From Chloroflexota bacterium (lineage in GTDB: Bacteria; Chloroflexota; Dormibacteria; Aeolococcales; Aeolococcaceae): a stretch of 43,233 nucleotides of DNA. The stretch lies in NCBI GenBank assembly GCA_005880445.1, contig VBGJ01000152.1:1-43233 (forward strand), written 5' to 3'. Under the pieces are notes generated by a model. It had not been told where the DNA came from and made no database searches. It saw only the letters and a program-made list of their open reading frames with translations. Shown here piece after piece: positions 29,159-38,543 of the stretch (positions are counted from its first letter, which is position 1; the number at the start of each line of letters is the position of its first letter). The position numbers and the translations under genes are program-made.

Positions 29159-30604
29159 ATGCCGGAACGGAGCAGCGACCCGCATATACTGTTGAGCACC
29201 GTGCCGGATCGGTTCGACGTCGCGATTCTCGGTGGAGGCATGGGAGGCTACCCGGCGGCGATCCGAGCATCGCAGCTGGGACTGCGCGTCGCGCTCATCG
29301 AAGAGGACAAGGTGGGCGGCACGTGCCTGCATCGCGGATGCATCCCCACAAAAGCGCTGCTGCAGAGCGCGGCACTGCTCGACGAGCTGCAGCACGCCGA
29401 GGCGTTTGGTGTCACCGCGTCGGCGGTCAGTTTCGATTACGCCGTCGCCGGTCGCCGGCGTGATCAGGTCGTGGCTCAGCTCTTCCGCGGCGTCGAGTTC
29501 CTGCTCAAAAAGAACCAGGTGAGCATCGTGCGGGGCCACGGCCGCCTCGCCGGACGCGGACGGATCGCCGTTTCGGGGAACTCGGGAGATCCAATCGAGG
29601 TCGAGGCCGGCGCGATCGTCATCGCATCGGGCTCACGAGCCGCGCAGCTGCCCGGGTTGGAAGCCGACGGACGCCAGGTGCTGACCAGCGACGACGCCGT
29701 CCGCAGCAACACGGTGCCGAAGTCTGCGATCGTGCTCGGGGCGGGGGCCGTCGGCGTCGAGTTTGCGTCTCTGTACCGGAGCTGCGGTGCCGAGGTGACC
29801 GTGGTCGAGATGCTTCCGTCCCTGGTTCCGCTCGAAGACGCCGATGTGGGTCGCGAGCTGCGCAAGCAGTTCGAGTCACGCGGCATCCGGTGCCTCGTGG
29901 GCACACGACTCGACGTCGACTCGGTCCAGCGCAACGAGGGCGGCGTCGCGGTCACGGTGCACGCCGACGACGGCAAGGAGGAGCGGCTGCAGGCGGAGGT
30001 TCTGCTGGTAGCCGTCGGGCGCAACGGGAATGTCGAAGACATCGGCCTCGACGGCACTCAGGTTGCGGTCGACCATGGCGCTATCGTCGTGGATCCGCAC
30101 TTGCGTACCCAGGAACCCGGTGTCAGCGCGATCGGTGACGTGGTCGGTGGCTTCCTGCTGGCGCACAAAGCGCTGCATGAGGGCGTGGTGGCGGTGGAGG
30201 CGATCGCCGGCAAGGATCCTCAGCCGAATGATCCGCGACGGGTTCCGCGCACGACGTATTGCACGCCCCAGATCGGGTCGCTGGGGCTGAGTGAGGCGGA
30301 GGCGACCGCCGCCGGGCACGAGATACAGGTGGGCGTGTTCCCGTTCCGCGGCAACGGCCGCGCCCTGATCTGGGGCGAGCCGGGCGGGTTCTGCAAGGTC
30401 GTGGCCGACCGGCAGTCGGGCGATGTGCTGGGCGTGCACATCGTCGGGCACGAGGTGACCGAGCTGATCTGGGGGCCGGCGCTGGGCGCACTTCTCGAGA
30501 CAACTGCATTCGAGATGGGCCACTCCGTGGCTCCGCACCCTACACTCAGTGAAGCGATCTCCGAGGCGGCGCTGGCCGTACACGGAGAGGCCATCCACAT
30601 CTGA
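29159..30604 (+). CDS. lpd: Dihydrolipoyl dehydrogenase (E3)
   Basis: FAD fold DVAILGGGMGGYPAA, redox-active disulfide GGTCLHRGCIPTK, NAD fold VLGAGAVGVEFAS, C-terminal HPTLSEA. Confidence 0.94.
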   Translation: MPERSSDPHILLSTVPDRFDVAILGGGMGGYPAAIRASQLGLRVALIEEDKVGGTCLHRGCIPTKALLQSAALLDELQHAEAFGVTASAVSFDYAVAGRRRDQVVAQLFRGVEFLLKKNQVSIVRGHGRLAGRGRIAVSGNSGDPIEVEAGAIVIASGSRAAQLPGLEADGRQVLTSDDAVRSNTVPKSAIVLGAGAVGVEFASLYRSCGAEVTVVEMLPSLVPLEDADVGRELRKQFESRGIRCLVGTRLDVDSVQRNEGGVAVTVHADDGKEERLQAEVLLVAVGRNGNVEDIGLDGTQVAVDHGAIVVDPHLRTQEPGVSAIGDVVGGFLLAHKALHEGVVAVEAIAGKDPQPNDPRRVPRTTYCTPQIGSLGLSEAEATAAGHEIQVGVFPFRGNGRALIWGEPGGFCKVVADRQSGDVLGVHIVGHEVTELIWGPALGALLETTAFEMGHSVAPHPTLSEAISEAALAVHGEAIHI

Positions 30605-30651
30605 CCCGGGCGGGATGGGATATGGAACCCGGTGCGCGGGAGCGATGACAC

Positions 30652-31665
30652 GTGACTGTGACCAAGGCTGACGCAAGAGACGAGGCGAGCCTCGATGCGG
30701 AAACCCTCCGCGCCATGTACCGGCACATGTTGCGCTCACGCCTGCTCGACGAGCGGATGTGGGTGCTGAACCGGCAGGGGCGGGCGCCGTTCTGGATCTC
30801 GGGCATGGGACACGAGGCGGTTCAGGTCGCTTTCGGCATGAACCTCCGCCCCGGCTATGACTGGGTAGCGCCGTACTACCGCGACCTGGCTCTGACACTC
30901 GTGCTGGGTATGACACCGCGCGATCATCTGCTGTCGGTGTTGGCGCGGGCAGATGATCCCAACAGCGGCGGGCGGCAGATGCCGGCGCACTACGGCTGCA
31001 GGCGCTACAACATCATCACCACCGGCTCGTCCGTGGGCACGCAGCTGCTTCACGCGACTGGGATCGCGCTCGCATCGCGGATGCGCGGCGAGGATGCGGT
31101 GACGTTTACATCGTGTGGCGAAGGCGCCACAAGCGAGGGTGACTTTCACGAGGCGCTGAATTTCGCGGCGACATGCCGGCTGGCCGTGATCTTCGTCGTC
31201 GAGAACAACGGGTTTGCCATCAGCGTGCCGTGGGAGAAGCAGATGCCCATCCCCAACGTGGCGGACCGTGCCTCCGCATACGGCGTCCCCGGCATCGTGG
31301 TCGATGGCGAGGATCCGATGGCGTGTTTCCGCGTGGCGAAGGAGGCGGTGACGCATGCCCGGCGCGGCGAGGGGCCCGTGCTGGTTGAGGCGAAGGTGCT
31401 GCGCCTGACGTCACACAGCTCGGACGATGATCAGCGTCGCTACCGCGCCGCCGACGAGCTGGCTGCTGAAAAGGAGCGGGATTGCGTGGCGCGCTTCCGC
31501 AGCCAGCTGGAGGATCTGGGCGTTCTCACGTCCACCATCGCCGACGACATGCGCACCGATCTGACGCGCGAGCTCGACCGGGCGGAGGAGGAGGCCGAGG
31601 CCGCACCGCTGCCGGAGCCGGAGACGGCCATGCGCCATGTGTTCGGCGAGGCCGCGGAGGGCTGA
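30652..31665 (+). CDS. 2-oxoacid dehydrogenase E1 component, alpha subunit (TPP-dependent; pyruvate or branched-chain specificity not resolvable)
   Basis: GTG start. LRAMYRHMLRSRLLDERMWVLNRQGRAPFWISGMGHEA..., TPP motif CGEGATSEGDFHEALNFAA...VVENNGFAIS. Confidence 0.9.
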   Translation: MTVTKADARDEASLDAETLRAMYRHMLRSRLLDERMWVLNRQGRAPFWISGMGHEAVQVAFGMNLRPGYDWVAPYYRDLALTLVLGMTPRDHLLSVLARADDPNSGGRQMPAHYGCRRYNIITTGSSVGTQLLHATGIALASRMRGEDAVTFTSCGEGATSEGDFHEALNFAATCRLAVIFVVENNGFAISVPWEKQMPIPNVADRASAYGVPGIVVDGEDPMACFRVAKEAVTHARRGEGPVLVEAKVLRLTSHSSDDDQRRYRAADELAAEKERDCVARFRSQLEDLGVLTSTIADDMRTDLTRELDRAEEEAEAAPLPEPETAMRHVFGEAAEG

Positions 31666-31667
31666 GC

Positions 31668-32651
31668 GTGGCCGAGATCACCTACCTGCAGGCGATCCGC
31701 GATGGCATTCGCGAGGAGATGGAACGTGATCCCAGCGTGCTCGTGCTCGGCGAGGATGTTGGTGCAAAGGGCGGTGTCTTCGGTGTCACCGAGGGACTGC
31801 AGAAGCAGTTCGGCGAGTGGCGCGTGCTCGACAGCCCGCTTGCGGAGTCGCTGATCGCAGGGGTTGCCATCGGCGCGGCGTTCAACGGCATGCGACCGAT
31901 CGCCGAGATCCAGTTTCAAGACTTCATCATGCCGGCCGTCGATCAGATCGTCAGCGAAGCGGCGAAGATCCGCTATCGCAGCAACGGCGACTGGAACGTC
32001 CCGCTCGTAGTCCGCGCGCCGTTTGGGGGCGGCGTCCACGGCGCGCTGTATCACTCGCAGTCGATCGAGGCGATCTTCTGCCATGTGCCCGGACTCCGCG
32101 TGGTGGTGCCGAGCACCCCATACGACGCCAAGGGGATGATCGTTGCGGCGGTGCGGGATCCCGATCCCGTGATGTACTTCGAGCACAAGCGGGCGTATCG
32201 CGCCATCAAGGGTGAGGTGCCCGAAGGCGAATACGTGGTTGCGTTGGATCGCGCTCGCATCGCGCGTGAGGGCTCGGACATAGCCATCTTCACGTACGGG
32301 ATGATGGTTCACTCGGCGCTTGAAGCCGCGGAGCGTCTCGTGCCGGACGGCTTCGAATGTGAGGTGGTCGACCTGCGCTCGCTTCGCCCGCTGGATCACG
32401 ACGCCATCGTCGCCAGCGCGAAGAAATGCGGCAAGGTGCTCGTGCTCCAGGAGGCCAACCTCGCCGTGAGCATCGCGTCCGAGGTGGCCGCGATCATCGC
32501 GGAGGACTGCTTCGACTACCTGGATGCTCCGGTGGTGCGTCTCGGCGGCCCCGAGATCCCCGCGATGCCGTTCTCGCCGCCTTTGGAGCGCTTCTACCTG
32601 GTCACGCCGGACAAGATCGAGAGAGCATTACGGGATCTCGCCGCATACTGA
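31668..32651 (+). CDS. 2-oxoacid dehydrogenase E1 component, beta subunit
   Basis: The GTG at 31668 is 2 nt after the E1alpha stop. ITYLQAIRDGIREEMERDPSVLVLGEDVG..GGVFGVTEGLQKQFGEWRVLDSPLAE...EIQFQDFI... The ORF-track start at 31482 lies inside the E1alpha gene. Confidence 0.92.
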   Translation: MAEITYLQAIRDGIREEMERDPSVLVLGEDVGAKGGVFGVTEGLQKQFGEWRVLDSPLAESLIAGVAIGAAFNGMRPIAEIQFQDFIMPAVDQIVSEAAKIRYRSNGDWNVPLVVRAPFGGGVHGALYHSQSIEAIFCHVPGLRVVVPSTPYDAKGMIVAAVRDPDPVMYFEHKRAYRAIKGEVPEGEYVVALDRARIAREGSDIAIFTYGMMVHSALEAAERLVPDGFECEVVDLRSLRPLDHDAIVASAKKCGKVLVLQEANLAVSIASEVAAIIAEDCFDYLDAPVVRLGGPEIPAMPFSPPLERFYLVTPDKIERALRDLAAY

Positions 32652-32682
32652 CCACGCCACACTTCGAGGAGCGAGCATCACC

Positions 32683-34197
32683 ATGCCGTTGACCGTCACC
32701 ATGCCGCAGTTGGGAGAGAGCGTCACCGAGGGAACCATCGCGCGCTGGCTCAAGCAGCCGGGCGAGCACGTGGCACGCTACGAGTCCATCGCCGAGGTGA
32801 TCACCGACAAGGTCAACGCCGAGATCCCCGCCCCCGCGGACGGCACAATGGCCGAGCTCATCGCTCCCGAAGGCGCGGTCGTCGCGGTCGGGCAGCCGAT
32901 CTGCAGCATCGAGACCGAGGCCTCCGCGGCGACGACGCAGCCTCAACAGGCGCAGCCTCAGGAGGCGCAGGCTCAGGAGGCGCAGCCGGAGCCATCTGTT
33001 CCGGCGTCTCCACAACCGGTGCAGCAAGAGACAGCTGCTCCGGCGTCTCCTCAGTCTATGCCGCCTGCGCAGCCGTCTCCTGCTGCACCTGCGCCAGCGC
33101 CTGCTGCACAACCGGCCGCTGCACAGGCGCCAGCGCCTGCTGCACAACCGGCGGCTGCACAGGCGCCAGCAACGCAGTCAGAGTCCCACGCTGGCAATGG
33201 CGCCGCCACGTACCACATGACGCCTGCCGTGCGCATGCTCGTCCGCGAGCACGACGTCGACATCGCGCAGCTGCAGGGCAGCGGCATCGGCGGTCGCGTC
33301 ACGAAGAAAGACGTCCTCGAGTACGTGCAGCGCCGAGATGCAGGTGCGCTCCCTTCTGCGGCGCCGGCCCCTGCACCTGCTCCGGCATCTCCCCAGTCCA
33401 TGCCGCCTGCGCAGGTGCAGCAGCCTGCACCCGCTGGTGCCCCGAGCGCCGCCCCTCCTGTCGGTTCTACTCCTGCCGCTCCCGCCTTTGCCGCCGGGGA
33501 GGGCGACACCGTCGTTCCGCTCACGTCTGCGCGACGCGCGATCGCGGAGCACATGGTGCGCAGCCGCCACACCTCTCCGCATGCATACGTCTTGGTCGAG
33601 GTCGATATGTCCGCCGTCTCGCGATTCCGCGATCGCGAACGCAGACAATTCGAACAGCGTCACGGCGTCAAGCTCACGTACCTACCCTTTGTTGCGCGTG
33701 CTGTGTGCGAGGCGCTGCACCGCCTCCCCACGCTCAACGCGTCATGGAGCGAAGAGGGGGTCGTTCTCAAGCGCGACATCCACCTCGGGATCGCCGTTGC
33801 GCTGGAGGACAACCTGGTCGTCCCTGTCGTGCGGAACGCCGACCGTCTGAGCATCAGCGGGCTTGCGACCACCATGGCCGACCTTGGCGAACGCGCTCGG
33901 GCCAACCGCCTCAAGCTCGACGAGATCCAGGGTGGCACGTTCACGCTCAACAACACCGGCGCGCTGGGCGCGGTGATGACGCAGGCGATCATCAATCAGC
34001 CGCAGGCGGCGATCATGACCATGGACCTGGTGGTCAAACGACCGGTGGTCGTCGGCGACGATGCCATCGCCATCCGACCGATGATGAACCTGGGAATGTC
34101 GTTCGACCATCGCATCGTCGACGGCCTCCAGGCCACCCGTTTCGTACGGACCGTCAAGAACCTGCTCGAGGGGTTTGACGATCAGGCGGCGCTGTGA
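32683..34197 (+). CDS. Dihydrolipoamide acyltransferase (E2) with one lipoyl domain and long Pro/Ala/Gln linkers
   Basis: ATG at 32683 with GAGGAG upstream. Lipoyl motif AEVITDKVNAEIPAP, E3-binding domain TPAVRMLVREHDVDIAQLQGSGIGGRVTKKDV, catalytic SFDHRIVDG. Confidence 0.94.
   Translation: MPLTVTMPQLGESVTEGTIARWLKQPGEHVARYESIAEVITDKVNAEIPAPADGTMAELIAPEGAVVAVGQPICSIETEASAATTQPQQAQPQEAQAQEAQPEPSVPASPQPVQQETAAPASPQSMPPAQPSPAAPAPAPAAQPAAAQAPAPAAQPAAAQAPATQSESHAGNGAATYHMTPAVRMLVREHDVDIAQLQGSGIGGRVTKKDVLEYVQRRDAGALPSAAPAPAPAPASPQSMPPAQVQQPAPAGAPSAAPPVGSTPAAPAFAAGEGDTVVPLTSARRAIAEHMVRSRHTSPHAYVLVEVDMSAVSRFRDRERRQFEQRHGVKLTYLPFVARAVCEALHRLPTLNASWSEEGVVLKRDIHLGIAVALEDNLVVPVVRNADRLSISGLATTMADLGERARANRLKLDEIQGGTFTLNNTGALGAVMTQAIINQPQAAIMTMDLVVKRPVVVGDDAIAIRPMMNLGMSFDHRIVDGLQATRFVRTVKNLLEGFDDQAAL
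33091..33170 (+). repeat. 36-bp tandem repeat (2.2 copies) inside the first E2 linker
   Basis: GCGCCAGCGCCTGCTGCACAACCGGC(C/G)GCTGCACAG at 33091-33126 and 33127-33162 (1 mismatch), then a partial third copy. It encodes APAPAAQPAAAQ twice. Confidence 0.9.
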
Positions 34198-34237
34198 AAT
34201 AGCGCCGCCGGCGCGGGTGCATCTATGATCGGCGGGC

Positions 34238-34459
34238 ATGGCTGATACGACCACCTTCGACGTGTGGGGGTTCCGGACTCCACCCTCGTGGGCGCTGCGC
34301 GCTCTCGAGAAAGGGATCATCGACGTCAATCGGTTCGAGGCGCTGGTTCGCCTGGCGTCGGAGGAACCCGAAGGCGGATCGCGTGCCACCGGACGCCGCT
34401 CCGCCGGATGCTCGTGCCGGCGCCGGCCGCGCCGCGCCTGCACCAACTGGCGGATCTAA
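34238..34459 (+). CDS. Hypothetical small protein (weakly supported)
   Basis: 73-aa ORF. The first ~45 aa have ordinary composition (MADTTTFDVWGFRTPPSWALRALEKGIIDVNRFEALVRLASEEPE). The last ~28 aa are Arg/Cys-rich (GRRSAGCSCRRRPRRACTNWRI) and look like out-of-frame high-GC sequence. I recognise no family. Confidence 0.3.
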   Translation: MADTTTFDVWGFRTPPSWALRALEKGIIDVNRFEALVRLASEEPEGGSRATGRRSAGCSCRRRPRRACTNWRI

Positions 34460-35997
34460 CTAGTCCACATCCTGGTGCGGATAGCGCCAATCAGTCGGCG
34501 GGACGAACGTCTCCTTGATGGCGCGGGCGGAGACCCACCGCACAAGATTGAGCGCCGACCCCGCCTTGTCGTTCGTACCCGACAACCGCGCGCCGCCGAA
34601 CGGCTGCTGCCCGACCACCGCGCCGGTCGGCTTGTCGTTGACGTAGAAGTTGCCTGCTGCATGACGCAGGAGGGTCATCGCTTCGTCGATGGCAGGCCGT
34701 GACGTGGCGAAGACCGCACCGGTGAGTGCGTACGGCGAGGTCGTGTCGACGAGGCGTATGACCTGGTCCCATTGCGAGTCGTCATACGGATACACGGTGA
34801 GAATCGGGCCGAAGAGCTCGCGCTGCATCAATTCGTGCCGCGGGTCGTCCGTCTCGTAGATCGTCGGGCGCACGAACCAGCCCTCCTCCGCGTCGCACTC
34901 ACCTCCGGCCACGAGCTTCAGATGCGGATCGCTGCGCGCCGCCGTCATGGCGGCCTCGTGCTTGCGGTAGCTGGACTCCTCGATCACTGCTCCCATGAAC
35001 GTGGTGAAGTCGGCGGGATCACCAACCTGCACCGCTTCGGTGGCCGCGGCCAGTGGATCGCGAAGCCGTTCCCAGACCGACTTGGGCACATATGCCCGCG
35101 ATGCGGCCGAGCACTTCTGCCCCTGGTACTCGAACGCACCTCGCAGCAGCCCCACGAGCAGCGCGTCGACCGACGCCGACGCGTGCGCCAGCACGAAGTC
35201 CTTGCCGCCGGTCTCCCCGACGAGTCGAGGGTACGTATGGTACTGGTCTAGGTTGGCCGAAACAGTCGACCACAAGTGCATGAACGTGTCTGTCGAGCCG
35301 GTGAAGTGCAAGCCCGCGAACGACGGATGAGTCAGCGCCACCTCCGAGACCGCCGCGCCCGGTCCCGCCACGAGATTGATCACACCAGGGGGAAGTCCCG
35401 CTGCTTCGAGCAGCTCGATGATCACATGTGCCGCAAGGAGCTGTGTCGAAGCCGGCTTCCAAACGACGGTGTTGCCCATGATCGCGGGCGCCGTCGGCAG
35501 ATTGCCGGCGATCGACGTGAAGTTGAACGGCGTGATGGCGAGAACGAATCCTTCGAGCGGGCGGTGGTCCATGCGGTTCCATTGGCCGGGTGGGGAGATC
35601 GGTTGATCCTGCTGTTGCAACTGCGCGCCGAAATGTACGTTCCAGCGCCAGAAGTCGATCAGCTCGCATGCCGCGTCGATCTCGGCCTGATGCACGGACT
35701 TGCTCTGACCCAGGATGGTTGCGGCGTTGAGCCGGTCACGCCACGGGCCGCTGAGGAGGTCCGCGGCGCGCAGGAAGACGGCCGCCCGTGTCTCCCACGG
35801 CGTCACCGACCACGACGGCCATGCCGCGAGCGCCGCCTCCACCGGTCGACACCGTCGCCGCCGATGTGCTGCCGCAGGTGATGCGGGGCGAGGGCCTCCA
35901 TCTCAGCCAGCGTCTGGCGCAGGTGAATGCGCTCCGGTGACCCCGGCGCGTACGCGCGCACGGGCTCGTTGCGCGGTGGACCGTCGTGACCCGTCAT
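34460..35997 (-). pseudogene. pruA: L-glutamate gamma-semialdehyde (1-pyrroline-5-carboxylate) dehydrogenase, split into two frames as sequenced
   Basis: ORF 34460..35842 carries the ALDH core (NFTSIAGNL, FTGSTDTF, VGETGGKDF, EYQGQKCSA, NDKPTGAVVGQQPFGGARLSGTNDKAG). The matching N-terminus (MTGHDGPPRNEPVRAYAPGSPERIHLRQTLAEMEALAPHHLRQHIGGDGVD) is in another frame at 35997..35845. Only 2 nt separate ...IGGDGVD from VEAALAAWPSW, whereas homologues I know have about 25-35 residues there. Confidence 0.8.
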
Positions 35998-36077
35998 CGC
36001 AGATCGATTGTCGCGCACGCCGCACGGCGCGGGAGGACCGCGCAAGCGCCATCCCGCGGTACAGTGAGAACGAGATC

Positions 36078-37037
36078 ATGGAAGCGATCCCGCTGCGGCC
36101 GGTGCCGGTCGCCATCTCCTCGAAGCCGTCGCCCGACCCGCGCCCGGTTCATCAGCGGTTGCTCCCCGACGGCGTCGACCGGCGTCCTCCATGGCTGACG
36201 GTGCGCATCCCGATGGGCGAGGGCTATACCCACCTCAAGGGGATCATGCGGGGCTTGGAGCTGAACACCGTGTGCGAGGAAGCACGCTGCCCCAACATCG
36301 CCGAGTGCTGGGGCCACGGCACCGCGACGTTCATGATCCTGGGCGACGTGTGCACGCGCGCATGCGCGTTCTGCGCCGTGAAGAGTGGGAAGCGCGGCGG
36401 TGACATCGACGTCGACGAGCCGCAGCGTGTCGCTGAGGCAGTGGTGCGCATGGGGTTGCGGCATGCGGTGGTGACGTCCGTCGACCGCGACGACCTCGCG
36501 GACGGTGGCGCTGCCATCTTTGCGGCAACCATCCGCGCCATTCGTGAACGCGCGCCCGAAACCACGATCGAGGTTCTCACTCCCGATTTTCAGGGCGACC
36601 ACGACGCGCTGCGCACCGTGATGGACGCGGTGCCGGAGATCTTCAATCACAACGTCGAGACGATCGGACGGTTGTACCGGCGCGTCCGGCCGAAAGCGGA
36701 TCTGGGGCGCAGCCTGGAGCTGCTGCGCGCCGCGAAGCGGATGCAGGCGAGGAGCCGCACCAAGTCCGGCCTGATGGTCGGACTGGGCGAGGAGATGGGC
36801 GAGGTCAAGGAGCTGCTGCGCGACATGCGTGCACACGACGTCGAGATCGTGACCATCGGCCAGTACCTGCGGCCGTCGCTCAAGCATCATCCGCTGATCC
36901 GGTTCTGGCACCCGGATGAGTTCGCCGAGTTGCGCGAGTACGGGCTCGGCCTCGGGTTTTCGCATGTGGAGTCGGGACCGCTGGTGCGCTCCAGCTATCA
37001 CGCGCACGAGCAGGCGGTTGCCGCGCAGGCGGTGTGA
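36078..37037 (+). CDS. lipA: Lipoyl synthase (radical SAM)
   Basis: ATG at 36078. CEEARCPNIAECW auxiliary cluster motif, CTRACAFCAV radical-SAM CxxxCxxC, and ...GLMVGLGE...VEIVTIGQYLRPS. The ORF-track start at 35715 is an upstream artefact. Confidence 0.95.
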   Translation: MEAIPLRPVPVAISSKPSPDPRPVHQRLLPDGVDRRPPWLTVRIPMGEGYTHLKGIMRGLELNTVCEEARCPNIAECWGHGTATFMILGDVCTRACAFCAVKSGKRGGDIDVDEPQRVAEAVVRMGLRHAVVTSVDRDDLADGGAAIFAATIRAIRERAPETTIEVLTPDFQGDHDALRTVMDAVPEIFNHNVETIGRLYRRVRPKADLGRSLELLRAAKRMQARSRTKSGLMVGLGEEMGEVKELLRDMRAHDVEIVTIGQYLRPSLKHHPLIRFWHPDEFAELREYGLGLGFSHVESGPLVRSSYHAHEQAVAAQAV

Positions 37038-37777
37038 CCGGCCAGTCTGACCTGCCACCGCTGCGGCAGCTGTGTCTGGGCACCGTTCCGTATCGCGATG
37101 CATGGCGCCTGCAGCGCGTGATCGCCGCGCAGCGCGTGTCCGGCGAGGTCGAGGACGACGTGCTGATCCTGCTCGAGCATCCGCCCGTGTACACCATGGG
37201 GCGCACGGGTGACGAGCGGCATCTCGGAGGCGGACGCGAATCGTTGATCGCCGCAGGGGCCGATTACATCGACGTGGATCGTGGCGGCTCGGTCACGTTT
37301 CACGGTCCCGGGCAGCTCGTCGCGTATCCGATCGTGAAGCTGGCAAGCGTCTTTCCCATCCAGGGAGCACCTGATCGCGGCGACGTCATGCGCTACGTGC
37401 GCGCGCTCGAGGAGGCGGTCATCGCCACCGCTGCGGCTTTCGGCGTCGCGGTGGCGCGCCGGCCGCCGTACACCGGCGTCTGGTCGGGCAACCGGAAGCT
37501 GGCCGCCATCGGCGTGAAGCTGGCAACCGGCATGACGACGCACGGGCTGGCTCTCAATGTGTGCACCGACCTGTCGTGGTTCGACCGTGTCGTTCCGTGC
37601 GGCATCGACGGCGCCGAGGTCACATCGCTCACCGATCTGAGCTCTGTCGAGCTGTGCACAGAGGAGGTCGCGCCTGTGCTCGCCGCGGAGCTGGCCCGCG
37701 TGCTGGGGCGGCGTTTGGCGGCGCCGCGTCGCGACTCGAGATACGAGCTGCCGCTCGAGCTGCCCGCAGCGGTCTGA
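37034..37777 (+). CDS. lipB: Octanoyltransferase LipB
   Basis: GTGA overlap with lipA. LLEHPPVYTMGR..., RGGSVTFHGPGQLVAYPI, KLAAIGVKLATGMTTHGLALNV. Confidence 0.93.
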   Translation: MTGQSDLPPLRQLCLGTVPYRDAWRLQRVIAAQRVSGEVEDDVLILLEHPPVYTMGRTGDERHLGGGRESLIAAGADYIDVDRGGSVTFHGPGQLVAYPIVKLASVFPIQGAPDRGDVMRYVRALEEAVIATAAAFGVAVARRPPYTGVWSGNRKLAAIGVKLATGMTTHGLALNVCTDLSWFDRVVPCGIDGAEVTSLTDLSSVELCTEEVAPVLAAELARVLGRRLAAPRRDSRYELPLELPAAV

Positions 37778-37782
37778 GTCAT

Positions 37783-38472
37783 ATGGTGCCCAGCGCTCGT
37801 GTTGCCGCCGCGCCGCGCTCACTCACCGTCGAGCGGTACCTGGAGGCGATCTACTACATCGAGCACGAGGGTGAGGTCGCGCGGCCAGGGCGCCTGGCCG
37901 AATGGCTCGGGGTGAGCGCGCCGACGACAACCGTCAGCCTGCAGCGGCTGGTCCGCGACGGCTGGGTGCGGATGGGCGCCGACCATGCGGTCGAGCTCAC
38001 GGAGGTGGGTGCCGTGGCGGCCTCGGCCATCGTGAGCCGGCACCGCATCGTCGAGCGGTGGCTCACCGACGTGCTCGGACTGGACTGGGCCACCGCCGAT
38101 CGCGAGGCGGCGGAGCTGGCGCACGGGTTGTCGGAACTCGTGCTCGACCGGCTCGACGCCCACCTCGGCCGTCCCGTCACGTGCCCGCACGGCAACGTGA
38201 TCCCCGGACGGCGCCCCCCTCAGGGGAGACGGCTGGCCCGCCTGACCGATCTCGGCGAGGGGTCTGCCGGTCGTGTGGCCCGCATCTCCGAGGTGGCGGA
38301 ACACGAAGCGCCGCAACTCCTGGCGACGCTCAGCGAGCGGGGGCTGGTCCCGGGGACCGATGTGGCCGTCGTGGGCGCGGACGCGTCGTCGCGGCGGCTC
38401 GACGCCGGTGCCGGCCCCTTCACCGTCGAGGCGAGCGTGGCCCGCGCCGTGTGGGTGGAGGAACCGGCGTGA
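37783..38472 (+). CDS. DtxR/IdeR/MntR-family metal-dependent transcriptional regulator with C-terminal SH3-like (FeoA-like) domain
   Basis: ATG at 37783. Winged HTH VERYLEAIYYIEHEG..ARPGRLAEWLGVSAPTTTVSLQRLVRDGWV, then dimerisation/metal region SRHRIVERWLTDVLGLDW...AELAHGLSE. C-terminal GSAGRVARISE...LSERGLVPGTDVAVV. The ORF-track start at 37561 lies inside lipB. Confidence 0.88.
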   Translation: MVPSARVAAAPRSLTVERYLEAIYYIEHEGEVARPGRLAEWLGVSAPTTTVSLQRLVRDGWVRMGADHAVELTEVGAVAASAIVSRHRIVERWLTDVLGLDWATADREAAELAHGLSELVLDRLDAHLGRPVTCPHGNVIPGRRPPQGRRLARLTDLGEGSAGRVARISEVAEHEAPQLLATLSERGLVPGTDVAVVGADASSRRLDAGAGPFTVEASVARAVWVEEPA

Positions 38473-38485
38473 GCCCGGTATCGGG

Positions 38486-38504
38486 TTAGCTTAGGCTAAG
38501 CTAA
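38486..38504 (+). promoter_or_regulatory. Iron box: 19-bp perfect 9-1-9 palindrome TTAGCTTAGGCTAAGCTAA (DtxR/IdeR-type operator)
   Basis: It matches the IdeR consensus as I recall it (TTAGGTTAGGCTAACCTAA) at 17 of 19 positions, and the two differences are symmetric. It lies 14 nt after the regulator gene and 40 nt before the GTG of the FTR1 permease. It contains TANNNT hexamers (TAGGCT, TAAGCT) that could serve as the -10. Confidence 0.78.
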
Positions 38505-38543
38505 TCGCGCTGGAAGGCAGCGCAGTCAGGGAGTAAGTCGCTC

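Noticed and set aside
32925-33440. Repetitive DNA that might suggest a CRISPR-like or minisatellite array.
   Set aside because: The units are contiguous tandem copies with no spacers. They lie inside the E2 ORF, keep the reading frame and encode the usual Pro/Ala-rich inter-domain linkers.
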